Source: Patescibacteria group bacterium
GTDB taxonomy: Bacteria > Patescibacteriota > Patescibacteriia > UBA10025 > JAHIVO01
Direction: 5' to 3'
NCBI GenBank assembly: GCA_041650915.1
Contig: JBAZKE010000001.1
Location: 379,284 to 443,283 of the forward strand
Length of the DNA stretch: 64,000 nt
Below, in pieces: positions 1 to 9,996 of the stretch. Position 1 is the stretch's first letter; each line of letters starts with the position of its first letter. Made by a program: the position numbers and the translations under genes. The notes below the pieces were generated by a model. It was not told where the DNA came from. It did not search any database and saw only the letters and a list, made by a program, of their open reading frames with translations.

Positions 1-1434
1 GCCGGCATGTTTTTCGATCAGAAAAGCCATCGTGCGTTCAAATGCGCCGATTGAGGAGCGGTGTATGACAATCGGTTTTTGGTCATGCCCTTTTTCATCT
101 ACGTACGTTAAATCGAACCGCTGTGGCATGACAAAATCGTATTGGACCGTAAATGCCGTTTCTTCTTGGCCATTTATCTTTTTTACCTGGATGTCGATTT
201 TCGGGCCGTAAAATGCGGCTTCACCCGCAGCCTCGTAGTACGGCGCCTTAGTTTTTTTCAGTACGGTCCGCAATACGTTTTCCGCATACTCCCAAGCCCG
301 GTCGTCTTTGAAATACTTTTTTGAATCATTGCGGTCTCCCAGCGAGAGCCGGTACCGGTAATCAACGCCTTTTTTCAGCTGGAGCGTTTTATTCGTGAAA
401 TCAATCAGTGCGAGCACGTTTTTAATTTCCGATTCAGCCTGGTCGGGCCGGCACATGATGTGAGCGTCGGCTAAGCAGAACGTGCGGACGCGCATCAGAC
501 CGGACAATTCGCCGCTTTTTTCATACCGGAACTGGGATGCCAATTCGGCAATGCGGATCGGCAGTTCGCGGTAACTGTGCGGTTCTGACTTGTACAGCAT
601 GAAATGATGCGGGCAGGTCATAGGCCGGAGGATCAGCTCTTCCTCGTCAACTTTCATCACGGGATACATCGTGTCTTTGTAGTAGGGATAATGCCCGGAC
701 GTTTTATACAGTTCCGTTTTTGCGAGCGGGGGAGTCATGACATGCTGGTAACCGCGTTTCAATTCTTCCTGGATAATAAATTGTTCAAGAATCCGGCGGA
801 TGGTCGCGCCTTTTGATGTCAGCATAGGGAGGCCTTTTCCGATCAGATCGGAAAAGACAAAAAGACCAAGCTCCTTGCCGATTTTGCGGTGGTCGCGTTT
901 TTCCGCTTCCTCGAGCCGTTTCAGGTGCTCCTCAAGCTCAGGCGCGCTTTCGAACGCAACGCCGTAGATGCGCTGCAGCATTTTATTTTTTTCATCTCCG
1001 CGCCAGTACGCCCCTGCAATAGTGGTGAGCTTGAAAGAATCAGGCTTAATTTCCTTTGACGTGCGGACGTGCGGGCCGCTGCACAGGTCCGTGAACTTGC
1101 CGGATCGGTAGTACGTAATCGGTTTTTTCGCGGCAGCAAGCTCGCCGATCAGTTCGAGCTTGTACGGCTGCCCGGCGGAAAGTTTTTTTGCTTCTGCCAG
1201 ATCGACTTCCATTTTTTCGAACGGGATGTTCTGGCCGATCAGCTTCTTCATGCGCTTTTCAATTTTTTTCAGGTCTTCCGGCTTGAGTGGCTGCTGCAGG
1301 TCGAAGTCGTAGTAAAAGCCATTGTCGATTACGGGCCCGATCGCGAATCTTGCCTCCGGAAAAAGCTCGAGCACGGCGTGCGCCATCAGGTGCGACAGCG
1401 AGTGCCTCATTTTTTCTAAATCGTTTGATGCCAT
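1..1434 (-). CDS. thrS: Threonine--tRNA ligase (3' part runs off the window; no N-terminal TGS domain)
   Basis: Minus strand reads MASNDLEKMRHSLSHLMA, then AIGPVIDNGFYYDFD, DLCSGPHV, AGAYWRGDEKNKMLQRIYG, RDHRKIGKEL, RPMTCPHH and YEKSGELSGLMRVRTF. These are diagnostic ThrRS motifs. It is missing from the ORF track because it is open-ended. Confidence 0.97.
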   Translation of the reverse strand, partial: MASNDLEKMRHSLSHLMAHAVLELFPEARFAIGPVIDNGFYYDFDLQQPLKPEDLKKIEKRMKKLIGQNIPFEKMEVDLAEAKKLSAGQPYKLELIGELAAAKKPITYYRSGKFTDLCSGPHVRTSKEIKPDSFKLTTIAGAYWRGDEKNKMLQRIYGVAFESAPELEEHLKRLEEAEKRDHRKIGKELGLFVFSDLIGKGLPMLTSKGATIRRILEQFIIQEELKRGYQHVMTPPLAKTELYKTSGHYPYYKDTMYPVMKVDEEELILRPMTCPHHFMLYKSEPHSYRELPIRIAELASQFRYEKSGELSGLMRVRTFCLADAHIMCRPDQAESEIKNVLALIDFTNKTLQLKKGVDYRYRLSLGDRNDSKKYFKDDRAWEYAENVLRTVLKKTKAPYYEAAGEAAFYGPKIDIQVKKINGQEETAFTVQYDFVMPQRFDLTYVDEKGHDQKPIVIHRSSIGAFERTMAFLIEKHAG

Positions 1435-1454
1435 AGTATATAGTATTATCCTAA

Positions 1455-1634
1455 TTAAAGATTCCCAAAGCAATTGCTGCTCTGGGACCCTTTATGAGGG
1501 CGGTTCCACCCGTATTCCTCCCGTGCAGGGAGGCGCCTCGTTTCATTGTCCTTTCAGCTTGGACCCACTGACTGTGGATTAGCTACGCGTGCGCTAAGGT
1601 GGCTGGTAAACACCTCAATCACTGAAAGCAATGA
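1455..1634 (-). ncRNA. T-box riboswitch leader of thrS (atypical short stem I)
   Basis: Minus strand has the T-box AATACGGGTGGAACCGCCC (1516-1498), stem III CCTCCC/GGGAGG directly before it, and antiterminator GGG-TGGAACC-GCCC..GGGT-CCC. An overlapping terminator CCCAGAGCA/TGCTTTGGG lies at 1486-1464. Confidence 0.85.
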
Positions 1635-1636
1635 TA

Positions 1637-1665
1637 AGTATATGCCATGCCCATTTGCCTGTCAA
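1637..1665 (-). promoter_or_regulatory. sigma70-type promoter of the thrS leader
   Basis: TTGACA-17 nt-TATACT on the minus strand. Confidence 0.8.
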
Positions 1666-1674
1666 GCCGTCCAG

Positions 1675-2835
1675 TTATTCGCTCAGTTTGATTTCTATGT
1701 GGTCTTTGAGTTGCGGCACGGTCGAAACCCAAAAGGGCGAGAATTCGACGTTTACTGAATCAACGCTGTCAAAATTTGAAAAGTATGCTTCTACCTCGTG
1801 CAAGTCTTTGCCCGTGACGTTTTCCCGGTCAAATATGCCGTTGGACAGGCGCGGGACAACGCCAGCTTTCAGAGTTCCCTTGATATGCGCGACGCCGGTA
1901 TCGAGATCGTACTGCTCGATGCTATACTCCAGGTCTTCGGTGCTATGCTGAAGGATGCGTTCGTCCTCACCGCACTCATCGCTCAGCTTGTCGAGCGCAA
2001 TACTCATAAGTTCGTTTTCATCGAAGAGCACGCCGACCGCGCGGATGCTCATATCCATGGTAAATGAATCTACCTCGGTTCCGGCGTCCGCTGACGTTTC
2101 TTCGCTGATGACGAGAGCCGTCACGGCGCTGGTCGATACGGTCTGGTTCCGCGCCTGCGCTTCTTCCGTGCTGCTGAATTCAGCCGCAGCGTCCGCGATA
2201 AGTCGTTCCCGGAGAGCTTGGCGCGTTTCACCGATCAGCTCGTTCGTCAGGACCGCGGCGTTCCGTAATCCGCCGGTCATCGGTGCCGAGCTCTCGGCGT
2301 AGATTGTATCCTGCAAGCCAGCCCAGAGGCCGGGGATCGTGAACGTCGTAGGTTCGATATTGCCGCTCGCACCGGGCACGTCAGCATACACCTCGACGTT
2401 TTCCGATGTTCCGCCAGCGGGCACGTCGACACGGTTGCGAATCCTAAAGAGGATGCCGTCGGGAGTCAGCAACCGCGTTGTCGCGGCAAGCGGCTGAACC
2501 TGCGACCAGTTATTGTAGATGGTTACGGTCCCGGTTGCTTGCGCTTCAACTTGTGACCCCTCGTTCGTATTGATGGCGGTTTCACTGCCGGACACCTCGG
2601 TGGCCAAAAGCGTGCCGCGAAGGACCGGGCCGCTGCTGGTCGTTTCGCAATCGGCACAAATGATCATGACCGAAAAAGTGGCCGACTGTTCCTGCGGTTT
2701 GAGGCCTATGGTGATGGTTGTTTTTGAGAGCGAGTAGTAAATGACGATAGCGAGCAGCAGAACCGTTGCGGCGGAAAATCCGACAACGAGCTTGCGGTAA
2801 AATTTTGTCGTTTGGACTTTTGAAATTTTTTTCAT
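1675..2835 (-). CDS. Membrane-anchored protein, baseplate J/gp47-like domain
   Basis: N-terminal TM helix; ATGTVTIYN, TRLLTPDGILFR and ADVPGASGNI patterns; SAPMTGG motif. Confidence 0.55.
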   Translation of the reverse strand: MKKISKVQTTKFYRKLVVGFSAATVLLLAIVIYYSLSKTTITIGLKPQEQSATFSVMIICADCETTSSGPVLRGTLLATEVSGSETAINTNEGSQVEAQATGTVTIYNNWSQVQPLAATTRLLTPDGILFRIRNRVDVPAGGTSENVEVYADVPGASGNIEPTTFTIPGLWAGLQDTIYAESSAPMTGGLRNAAVLTNELIGETRQALRERLIADAAAEFSSTEEAQARNQTVSTSAVTALVISEETSADAGTEVDSFTMDMSIRAVGVLFDENELMSIALDKLSDECGEDERILQHSTEDLEYSIEQYDLDTGVAHIKGTLKAGVVPRLSNGIFDRENVTGKDLHEVEAYFSNFDSVDSVNVEFSPFWVSTVPQLKDHIEIKLSE

Positions 2836-2846
2836 TTCGATTGGCT

Positions 2847-5800
2847 TTACGTGAGGGTGATGCTGTCGGTGCCGATGATTGACCGTATCGTATCAAAGCT
2901 TTCTTCCCGAATCAAGTAGTTGGTCGTGATAACCTTGATTTTTGATGAAGATCGCACCCTCAGGTGGACGCGGTATTCTCCCGGATGCTGCGAAAAGGTT
3001 ATTTTTAACCGGTTGAAGGTTTCCTTGTCCGTCCGGGCCGGAATGGCGATGTAAACATTGCCGGTCGCCTGCGTTGTATGCCGGGGTGCGGAGTCGCCCA
3101 TGGCGTCGAGGTTGAGCTGCTGCACTTCGCTGCAGAGGAGCTTGAGGCTGCCTTCCTTGTCTGAGACGCGCCCCTTGATCAGTACCACATGCTCTTCTTG
3201 CCACGGCGTTGGATTCGCCTGGAGGGTCGTCGGGAAGACGAGCACTTCGATGCGGCCCGACATGTCTTCGACCTTCACAAAGAGCATCGGGTCGTTGTTT
3301 CTCGTCAGTACCTTCTGGATGTTGCTGATGATGCCGCCGATCGTAATTTCTTTTCGGTGCGGTGCAGCAGCGGACAGGTCGCCAATCGGCGTGGCAAGAT
3401 TGCGCAGGCGCTCGCGGTATTCCTCAAGCGGGTGCTCAGAAATGTAGAGGCCGAGGAGCTGTTTCTCCCATGACAGCTTTTGCTGCTTGGTTGCGGGTGC
3501 GGCGCTCTTGAGCCGGAGCTGCGGCGCGTGTTGCGTCGGCAGCACGCCGAAGAGGTTTGTCTGCCCGTTGAGAGTTTCACGCTCAGCCGATTTCATGTAC
3601 GTGAGAATCGCATCAATGCTGCCAAGGAGCTCGTTGCGCTCGCCGAACTGGTCGAGTGCGCCCGCCTTCATGAGGCTCTCGAGTGTTTTCTTATTAAGGT
3701 CTTTTGTCTGGACGCGACGGAGAAGATCTTCAAGGTTTTTGAACGGCCCATTTTCCTTGCGTTCAGCGATGATGTTCCGGACGACATTGACACCGACGTT
3801 TTTTACCGCGAGCAGGCCGAACCTGATTTTTTTCATCGGATTTTTTTTCTCCGGATTGAAAACGGCGGTGAATGTCGAGAAACTTTCGTTGATGTCCGGC
3901 GGAAGCACCTGGATGTGCATTTGTTCACATTCCTCGACTTCAATAGCAATCCTGTCGATATTGCCGTAATCGGAAGTCAGCAACGACGCCATGAATTCGT
4001 CGGGGTAGTTCGCCTTGAGGTACGCCGTCTGGTATGCGATGAGCGCGTAGCACGCAGCGTGCGCCCGGTTGAATCCGTACCGCGCGAACGGTTCGATAAA
4101 TTGCCAGATTTTTTGTGCGGTTGAACGGGGTATTTTATTTTTTACCATTCCCTCGATCATTTTATCGCGCTGCTGGATGAGCAGCTTGCGGATTTTTTTT
4201 CCGACTGCTTTCCTGAGTACGTCCGCTTCGGCGAGCGAGAATCCGGCGAGGTCACGCGCGATCTGCATAACTTGCTCCTGGTATACTGCAATGCCGTACG
4301 TCCGTTCGAGGATCGGCTTGAGCCTCGGATTCAGGTACGTCGCCAGCTTGAGGCCGTGCTTTCCGGCAATGAAGTCGGGGATGAGCTCCATGGGGCCGGG
4401 GCGGTATAGAGCAACCATCGCAATGATGTCTTCGAGCTCGGTTGGCTTGAGCTGTTTGAGGTAGCGTTTCATGCCTGATGATTCGAGCTGGAATACGCCG
4501 GTTGTCTTGCCCTGTTGGAGGAGCGTGAACGTTTTTTTGTCATCGAGCGGTATGGTATCGATGTTGATCTCGATGTTTCGTGCCTTTCTGATAATATTGA
4601 TTGTATTCTCGATGATCGTCAGGTTCTTCAACCCGAGGAAATCCATTTTGAGCAAGCCTAGATCTTCGATAGCGTGGAGATCGTACTGCGTGACGATGGT
4701 TTCGTCTTCGCTCTGTGCGGCATATTGGTAGGGGAGGTAGCGGTCGAGCGGTTCTTTAGTGATTACGACGCCGCATGCGTGCGTCGACGCGTGGCGGGCG
4801 ACTCCCTCGAGCTTTACGGCGGCATTGAGCAGTTTTTTCCCGTCAGGGTCGCTGTCATAGAGCGCCTTCAGCTCCGGAACCGCCTTGAGCGCGTCGGCGA
4901 TTGAAGAGAACATCGGGATGAGCTTGGCAACTTTGTCGCAGTACGCGTAAGCGAGGTCGAGCACGCGACCGGCATCCCGGACTGCCGCACGCGCTGCCAT
5001 GGTGCCGAAGGTGATGATCTGGGCTACGTGGTCTTTACCGTACTTATGCTCGACGTAGCGTATGACTTCATCCCGCCTCGTGTCCGCAAAATCGAGGTCG
5101 ATGTCAGGCATCGAAATCCGCTCGGGGTTGAGGAACCGCTCGAAGAGGAGGTCGTACTTGAGCGGATCGACATTGGTGATATTGAGGAGGTATGAGACGA
5201 TGCTCCCGGCAGCGGATCCGCGGCCGGGTCCGACGACGATGCCGTTCTGCTTCGCCCAGTTGACGAAATCCTGGACAATCAGAAAATAGGACGCGAATCC
5301 CGTCTTTTCAATGACGCCGAGTTCGTACTCGAGCCGTTTCTCGATAACGGCATCCCGCTCTCGCCCGGGGAACCGTTTTGGAATTCCGCCCGTGCACAGT
5401 TCTCTGAGGTAGGCATCGGGTAGCTTGCCGTTCGGCACCTCGAAGTGCGGCAGCTGGATCGTGCCAAGCTCGATGGTAACCGTACACGCTTGCGCAATTT
5501 TTATCGTATTTGCAATCGCTTCGGGGTGGTCAGGGAAAGCTTTTGCCATTTCTTCGGGAGTCTTGAAAGAGAAGTCCTCTCCGAGGTATGTCATCCGATC
5601 CCGGTCCCGCTGCTTCCGCTTCGTTTGCAGGCAGATCAGGATATCGTGTATTTCGTCATCGTCGCTATTCAGGTAGTGCACGTCATTGGTTGCGACGACC
5701 GGCAGGTCGAACTTTTTTCCGAGCGCAAATATCGTTTCGTTCACCTCATTCTGGTGGGGGATGCTCGGGTGGTCCTGCACTTCAAGGTAGAAGTTTCCGG

Positions 5801-6302
5801 TCCCGAAGATGGCAGCGAGCTCCTGGATATTTTTTTCTGCCCGTGCGGTATCCTCGGCGATGATCGGCTGAGCTACCATGCCCTGGAGGCACGCGCTCAA
5901 CCCGATAAGGCCACCCGCATGTTCACGGAGGAGTTCAAGATCAATGCGTGGCTTGTAGTAGTAGCCTTCGAGGTGGGCTCTCGTCGTGAGCTTAATGAGG
6001 TTTCGGTACCCCTCGTTGTTCTTAGCGAGCAGGACGATGTGGTACGGACGGTCATCGACTCTCGCTCGCTTGTTGTGCATTCCGTTCCGGGCTACGTACG
6101 CCTCGACGCCGATGATTGGCTTGACGCCTGCCTTGAGCGCCTTTTGATAAAATTCAATAGCGCCGTACATGACGCCGTGGTCAGTCAGCGCAACAGCAGG
6201 CATATGTAAATCACGGGCTCTCTTTACGAGATCATCAATCTTTGTGAGCCCGTCGAGGAGACTATAATGACTATGGACGTGTAGGTGAACAAAGTCCGGC
6301 AT
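2847..6302 (-). CDS. dnaE: DNA polymerase III alpha subunit
   Basis: PHP domain HLHVHSHYSLLDG; GPGRGSAAGS; SMPDIDLDF; KMDFLGL; C-terminal OB fold; 1151 aa with no intein-sized insert. Confidence 0.98.
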   Translation of the reverse strand: MPDFVHLHVHSHYSLLDGLTKIDDLVKRARDLHMPAVALTDHGVMYGAIEFYQKALKAGVKPIIGVEAYVARNGMHNKRARVDDRPYHIVLLAKNNEGYRNLIKLTTRAHLEGYYYKPRIDLELLREHAGGLIGLSACLQGMVAQPIIAEDTARAEKNIQELAAIFGTGNFYLEVQDHPSIPHQNEVNETIFALGKKFDLPVVATNDVHYLNSDDDEIHDILICLQTKRKQRDRDRMTYLGEDFSFKTPEEMAKAFPDHPEAIANTIKIAQACTVTIELGTIQLPHFEVPNGKLPDAYLRELCTGGIPKRFPGRERDAVIEKRLEYELGVIEKTGFASYFLIVQDFVNWAKQNGIVVGPGRGSAAGSIVSYLLNITNVDPLKYDLLFERFLNPERISMPDIDLDFADTRRDEVIRYVEHKYGKDHVAQIITFGTMAARAAVRDAGRVLDLAYAYCDKVAKLIPMFSSIADALKAVPELKALYDSDPDGKKLLNAAVKLEGVARHASTHACGVVITKEPLDRYLPYQYAAQSEDETIVTQYDLHAIEDLGLLKMDFLGLKNLTIIENTINIIRKARNIEINIDTIPLDDKKTFTLLQQGKTTGVFQLESSGMKRYLKQLKPTELEDIIAMVALYRPGPMELIPDFIAGKHGLKLATYLNPRLKPILERTYGIAVYQEQVMQIARDLAGFSLAEADVLRKAVGKKIRKLLIQQRDKMIEGMVKNKIPRSTAQKIWQFIEPFARYGFNRAHAACYALIAYQTAYLKANYPDEFMASLLTSDYGNIDRIAIEVEECEQMHIQVLPPDINESFSTFTAVFNPEKKNPMKKIRFGLLAVKNVGVNVVRNIIAERKENGPFKNLEDLLRRVQTKDLNKKTLESLMKAGALDQFGERNELLGSIDAILTYMKSAERETLNGQTNLFGVLPTQHAPQLRLKSAAPATKQQKLSWEKQLLGLYISEHPLEEYRERLRNLATPIGDLSAAAPHRKEITIGGIISNIQKVLTRNNDPMLFVKVEDMSGRIEVLVFPTTLQANPTPWQEEHVVLIKGRVSDKEGSLKLLCSEVQQLNLDAMGDSAPRHTTQATGNVYIAIPARTDKETFNRLKITFSQHPGEYRVHLRVRSSSKIKVITTNYLIREESFDTIRSIIGTDSITLT

Positions 6303-6326
6303 AGGGTAGGCTGCCTGCGGATTCAG

Positions 6327-6665
6327 TTACGAAGTTTCTTTCTCTTTTTCGCTAGCCTTTTTTCTTTTTGGTTTTTCTTCGCGCCTCCGCTTGAAATACT
6401 CGACGAGTTCAGTGATTCCCTTGAACAGCAGTGGCAAGTAAGACGCTGAGTTTTTAATTTTGTCCTCGACAGCATCGAACAGCCGTTCGAGCCGTTCGAG
6501 CTTTTGCTTTATGCTCATGACCAGTTCGCTCACCTCATTGACCACCGCATGCGCTCTCTTGAGCATCATGACAATGTAGTAGAGCGCCCAGCACATAAAA
6601 AAAGTCAGGGCAACCGCACACGTTGCGAGGGCAACGAAGAGAAGATCCTTGCTCGTCTCAAGCAT
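6327..6665 (-). CDS. Hypothetical membrane protein (TM plus coiled coil)
   Basis: ATG ORF of 112 aa, N-terminal hydrophobic helix, co-oriented with dnaE. Confidence 0.75.
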   Translation of the reverse strand: MLETSKDLLFVALATCAVALTFFMCWALYYIVMMLKRAHAVVNEVSELVMSIKQKLERLERLFDAVEDKIKNSASYLPLLFKGITELVEYFKRRREEKPKRKKASEKEKETS

Positions 6666-6779
6666 CGTCGTACGTTAGTGGTTTAGGATAGCTGGGTACA
6701 GTATAGCACACACTCCAATATCATCAACAACGAGTTTCCAAGAGGCTTCAGATGTGGTAGGATATACTACGGTAACAGC

Positions 6780-7619
6780 ATGACCGCTATGCCAGACGTA
6801 AGTACCGTATGGTTACGGGCAAATTACTACGCTCTCTCCCACCGGAACGAGCTTAAAAAGTGGTGGGTTATCGTACTGCTTGCAGTAGCGGTATTCTGCG
6901 TTGTTTTCGTTATCACGAATATTACCGTCTACATCATCGGCATTCCCCAACAAACCAGTACGATGGTGGCGATGGCAAGCAGCCAGGTCGCATACGGCAA
7001 GATCCGCATCGAAAACCAGCCGGTTAATCCATCAGTCGGCGCCGCGACAGCCGTGCAAATGACGACAGGCGCCTACGATCTCATCGTGCCGGTCCACAAC
7101 CCGAACAGAAACTGGGCAATCAATGAGATTGCGTATAAATTTACCGTAAACGCGACGGAAACTGAGGTTGCTACCGATTTTATCATGCCGAATAGCAGGA
7201 AGATTTTGACGGTTCGGAACGTGCAAAGCCCGTTCTCCCCGAGCCAGATCGCCGTTACTGTTTCCATCGAGAGCATTTCATGGAAGCGGATCGATAATGT
7301 CGCGGCACTGCCGTCACTCGACTTCACTATTGAAAATATTAAGCAGTCCATGTCGAACGTCGGTGGCATACCGTACTACCTCGTGACTGCCGATGTAACG
7401 AACAATTCTTTTACGAGTTTTTGGAGCACCAAGTTCGTGACGCTGCTCTACAGCGGGGATGCAATCGTCGGCGTGCACTATACCTACCTCGAGCCGTTCA
7501 ATACTTCAGAGAAGAAGTCAATCTATGCCCAGTTCGACAGCGTCCAGACTTCTGTGACGAGCGTATCGATCGAACCTGATATTAACCTGCTTGACACTGA
7601 GAATATCGTGAGCAGGTAA
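6780..7619 (+). CDS. Hypothetical single-pass membrane protein with beta-rich extracellular domains
   Basis: 279 aa ORF with one N-terminal TM segment; abuts rodA. Confidence 0.8.
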   Translation: MTAMPDVSTVWLRANYYALSHRNELKKWWVIVLLAVAVFCVVFVITNITVYIIGIPQQTSTMVAMASSQVAYGKIRIENQPVNPSVGAATAVQMTTGAYDLIVPVHNPNRNWAINEIAYKFTVNATETEVATDFIMPNSRKILTVRNVQSPFSPSQIAVTVSIESISWKRIDNVAALPSLDFTIENIKQSMSNVGGIPYYLVTADVTNNSFTSFWSTKFVTLLYSGDAIVGVHYTYLEPFNTSEKKSIYAQFDSVQTSVTSVSIEPDINLLDTENIVSR

Positions 7620-7627
7620 GTAACCGC

Positions 7628-8740
7628 ATGGTAAAAAAGCTACTCCTCTACTTACGGAAATCTGACTGGCCGCTGAGTTCGGTAGTTCTTTTTTTGGTTG
7701 CGTTCGGTCTCATGGCCCTCTACAGCATCGAGTCGGCAGTGCAGGATCCGCAGTTCGCGAATTTGCAAAAGCAGCTCATCTTTCTCGCCGTTGGCATCGT
7801 GTTCCTCGCCGTGTTCAGCATGATTGATTATCGCCACCTGCAGACGTACAGCATCGTTTTACTCGTGTTCGGCGCTCTCCTCCTCGCCTCGGTACTCTTT
7901 TTCGGTACGACAGTGCGCGGTACCCGCGGCTGGTTTACGCTGTTTGGAGGCCAGGGTTTCCAGCCTGTTGAGCTCATCAAGCTCATCCTCATCATCGGCC
8001 TCAGTAAGTTTTTTGCAGACTGGCGCACTGAAGTGCAGACTATAAAGCAGCTCGTGATCCTGTTCGCTGTTGCGATCCCGCTCATCGCGCTCGTGCTCTT
8101 GCAGCCTGATTTCGGCTCGGCAGTTATCCTGGCTGCCATCTTTCTCGGGATGCTCGTTTTTTCGAAAGTAAAGCGTTCGTACGTCATCGGCATCGGCCTG
8201 CTGCTCATCGTGCTTGTTGGGTTCAGCTGGGCATTTCTGCTGCAGGATTACCAGAAAGATCGGATACTGACGTTCATGGACCCGGGCCGCGATCCGTACA
8301 AGAGCGGCTACAACATCAAGCAGTCGATTATCGCTGTCGGCTCAGGCAGTATCTTTGGCCGAGGCCTCGGATTGGGCCCTCAGAGCAGGTTGAATTTTCT
8401 GCCGGCGCAAGAAACTGATTTTATCTTCGCGGTTATTGCCGAGGAACTGGGATTCGTGGGGAGTTCTCTGCTTATACTGTCTTACGTCTGGCTGATTTAC
8501 CGGCTCGTACGCATTGCTCGGCTCATTCGGGATGATTTTGGCATCTTTGTCGTAACCGGGATCCTCATCTATATTACAGCTCAGGGAATTCTCAATATCG
8601 GGATGAATATCGGGTTGCTTCCGATTGCGGGTGTGCCGCTGCCGTTCGTGAGCTATGGAGGGAGCTCTATGATATCGAGCTTTATCGCAGTTGGAATCGT
8701 CCAGAGCGTATACATTCGGCACCTCACGTCACGGGCGTAG
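7628..8740 (+). CDS. rodA: Rod shape-determining protein RodA (SEDS family)
   Basis: GTRGWF, FQPVELIKL, LQPDFGSA, YQKDRI, GYNIKQSIIAVGSG, TDFIFAVIAEELGF, LPFVSYGGSS. Confidence 0.92.
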   Translation: MVKKLLLYLRKSDWPLSSVVLFLVAFGLMALYSIESAVQDPQFANLQKQLIFLAVGIVFLAVFSMIDYRHLQTYSIVLLVFGALLLASVLFFGTTVRGTRGWFTLFGGQGFQPVELIKLILIIGLSKFFADWRTEVQTIKQLVILFAVAIPLIALVLLQPDFGSAVILAAIFLGMLVFSKVKRSYVIGIGLLLIVLVGFSWAFLLQDYQKDRILTFMDPGRDPYKSGYNIKQSIIAVGSGSIFGRGLGLGPQSRLNFLPAQETDFIFAVIAEELGFVGSSLLILSYVWLIYRLVRIARLIRDDFGIFVVTGILIYITAQGILNIGMNIGLLPIAGVPLPFVSYGGSSMISSFIAVGIVQSVYIRHLTSRA

Positions 8741-8818
8741 TGCCGTTTGACGCAGTTTGTTTTTTCTGCTATAATGTATAACGCGGTGGGAACATCGCAC
8801 GATATCATTTTTTTAACT

Positions 8819-9160
8819 ATGGAAACAAAAAGGAAAAATCAAAACGAGCTGCTCGTCGATGCATCTCGGCTCGTGTCTTACTGTCCGCTCTGCGATGCCC
8901 CTTTTTATCCAGAGCAGGTTGCGGTTATCGAGGAGGACAGCAAGGTGCAGCTCCTGCATGCGACGTGTAATGCATGCGCGGCATCATTGGTGATTTTACT
9001 CCTCATGAACGACCGGGGGGTAAATTCAGTCGGTCTCGTAACCGACTTGACCGGGGCTGATGTAGCGCAGTTCAAGAACGGGGAGCCGATCACGAGCAAT
9101 ACAGTGCTCGACGTATCTTCCGCGGTTCGGGCAGAGGATGCGGCTGGGGCGCTCTTCTAG
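8819..9160 (+). CDS. Hypothetical zinc-ribbon protein
   Basis: CPLC and CNAC pairs; ATG at 8819. Confidence 0.7.
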   Translation: METKRKNQNELLVDASRLVSYCPLCDAPFYPEQVAVIEEDSKVQLLHATCNACAASLVILLLMNDRGVNSVGLVTDLTGADVAQFKNGEPITSNTVLDVSSAVRAEDAAGALF

Positions 9161-9240
9161 TGCGGTTACGGCGTACCGGCAGCAGAGGGGGAGTTTACGG
9201 TACACACGGCTTAATTAATTTTTCTTTTTTGCAGTCACGT

Positions 9241-9978
9241 ATGGAACAAGAGAACAACACAGAATCTTCGACGCTCATCAGAGCTGAAGTGCGCGATGTA
9301 ACGAGCGCTGCAAAACGCGCGCTCCGCGGGGAGGGAAAGTTACTCGGGGAGCTCTACGGCCACGGTACCGAGAGCACTCACCTGTCAGTCGGCTATAAGG
9401 AATTTGAAGCGCTTCTGAAGCAAGCGGGGAGGGGCGGTCTGATAGACCTCCAGGTCGGCATGGCGAAGCCAGTTAAAGTGCTTGTGCAGGATATTCAACG
9501 AGACCCGGTCAAAGGCCGGCTCGTGCACGTTGATTTCTACCGGATCAATATGCAAGAGAAGATTCATACCGACGTCAGTCTCACCTTCATCGGCGCATCA
9601 CCAGCAGTGAAAGAGCTCGGGGGCATCCTCATTAAAAGCATGGATGCTCTGAAGATTGAGTGCCTGCCCCAGTATTTGATCAAGGAACTCGTAGTTGATA
9701 TCAGCGCACTCAAGACGTTTGACGATGCGATACGCGTCCGAGACCTCAAGCTGCCGGAAGGGGTAACAGTACTCTCGAAAGCAGATGAAGTGATCACCAG
9801 CGTACAGCCTCCGCGGACGGAAGCTGAACTCAAGGCTCTTGAAGAGGCGCCAGCCGAGGGAGCTGCAGAAGTTGAAGTAGTCGGTAAAGAGGGGGTGAAG
9901 GCTGCAGGTGAGGAAGGTGTTGCTGAAGATGAGAAGGCTGCGGGGGCGAGCGGAGCTACTGCAGGGGATAAAAAGTAG
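9241..9978 (+). CDS. rplY: 50S ribosomal protein L25/Ctc
   Basis: ELYGHG, VQDIQRDPVKGRLVHVDFY, acidic tail; ATG at 9241. Confidence 0.95.
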   Translation: MEQENNTESSTLIRAEVRDVTSAAKRALRGEGKLLGELYGHGTESTHLSVGYKEFEALLKQAGRGGLIDLQVGMAKPVKVLVQDIQRDPVKGRLVHVDFYRINMQEKIHTDVSLTFIGASPAVKELGGILIKSMDALKIECLPQYLIKELVVDISALKTFDDAIRVRDLKLPEGVTVLSKADEVITSVQPPRTEAELKALEEAPAEGAAEVEVVGKEGVKAAGEEGVAEDEKAAGASGATAGDKK

Positions 9979-9996
9979 GGCACTAACGATCGTACT

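Noticed and set aside
1675-2835. Prophage or contractile injection system
   Set aside because: The baseplate-J-like gene is solitary, membrane-anchored and embedded among housekeeping genes
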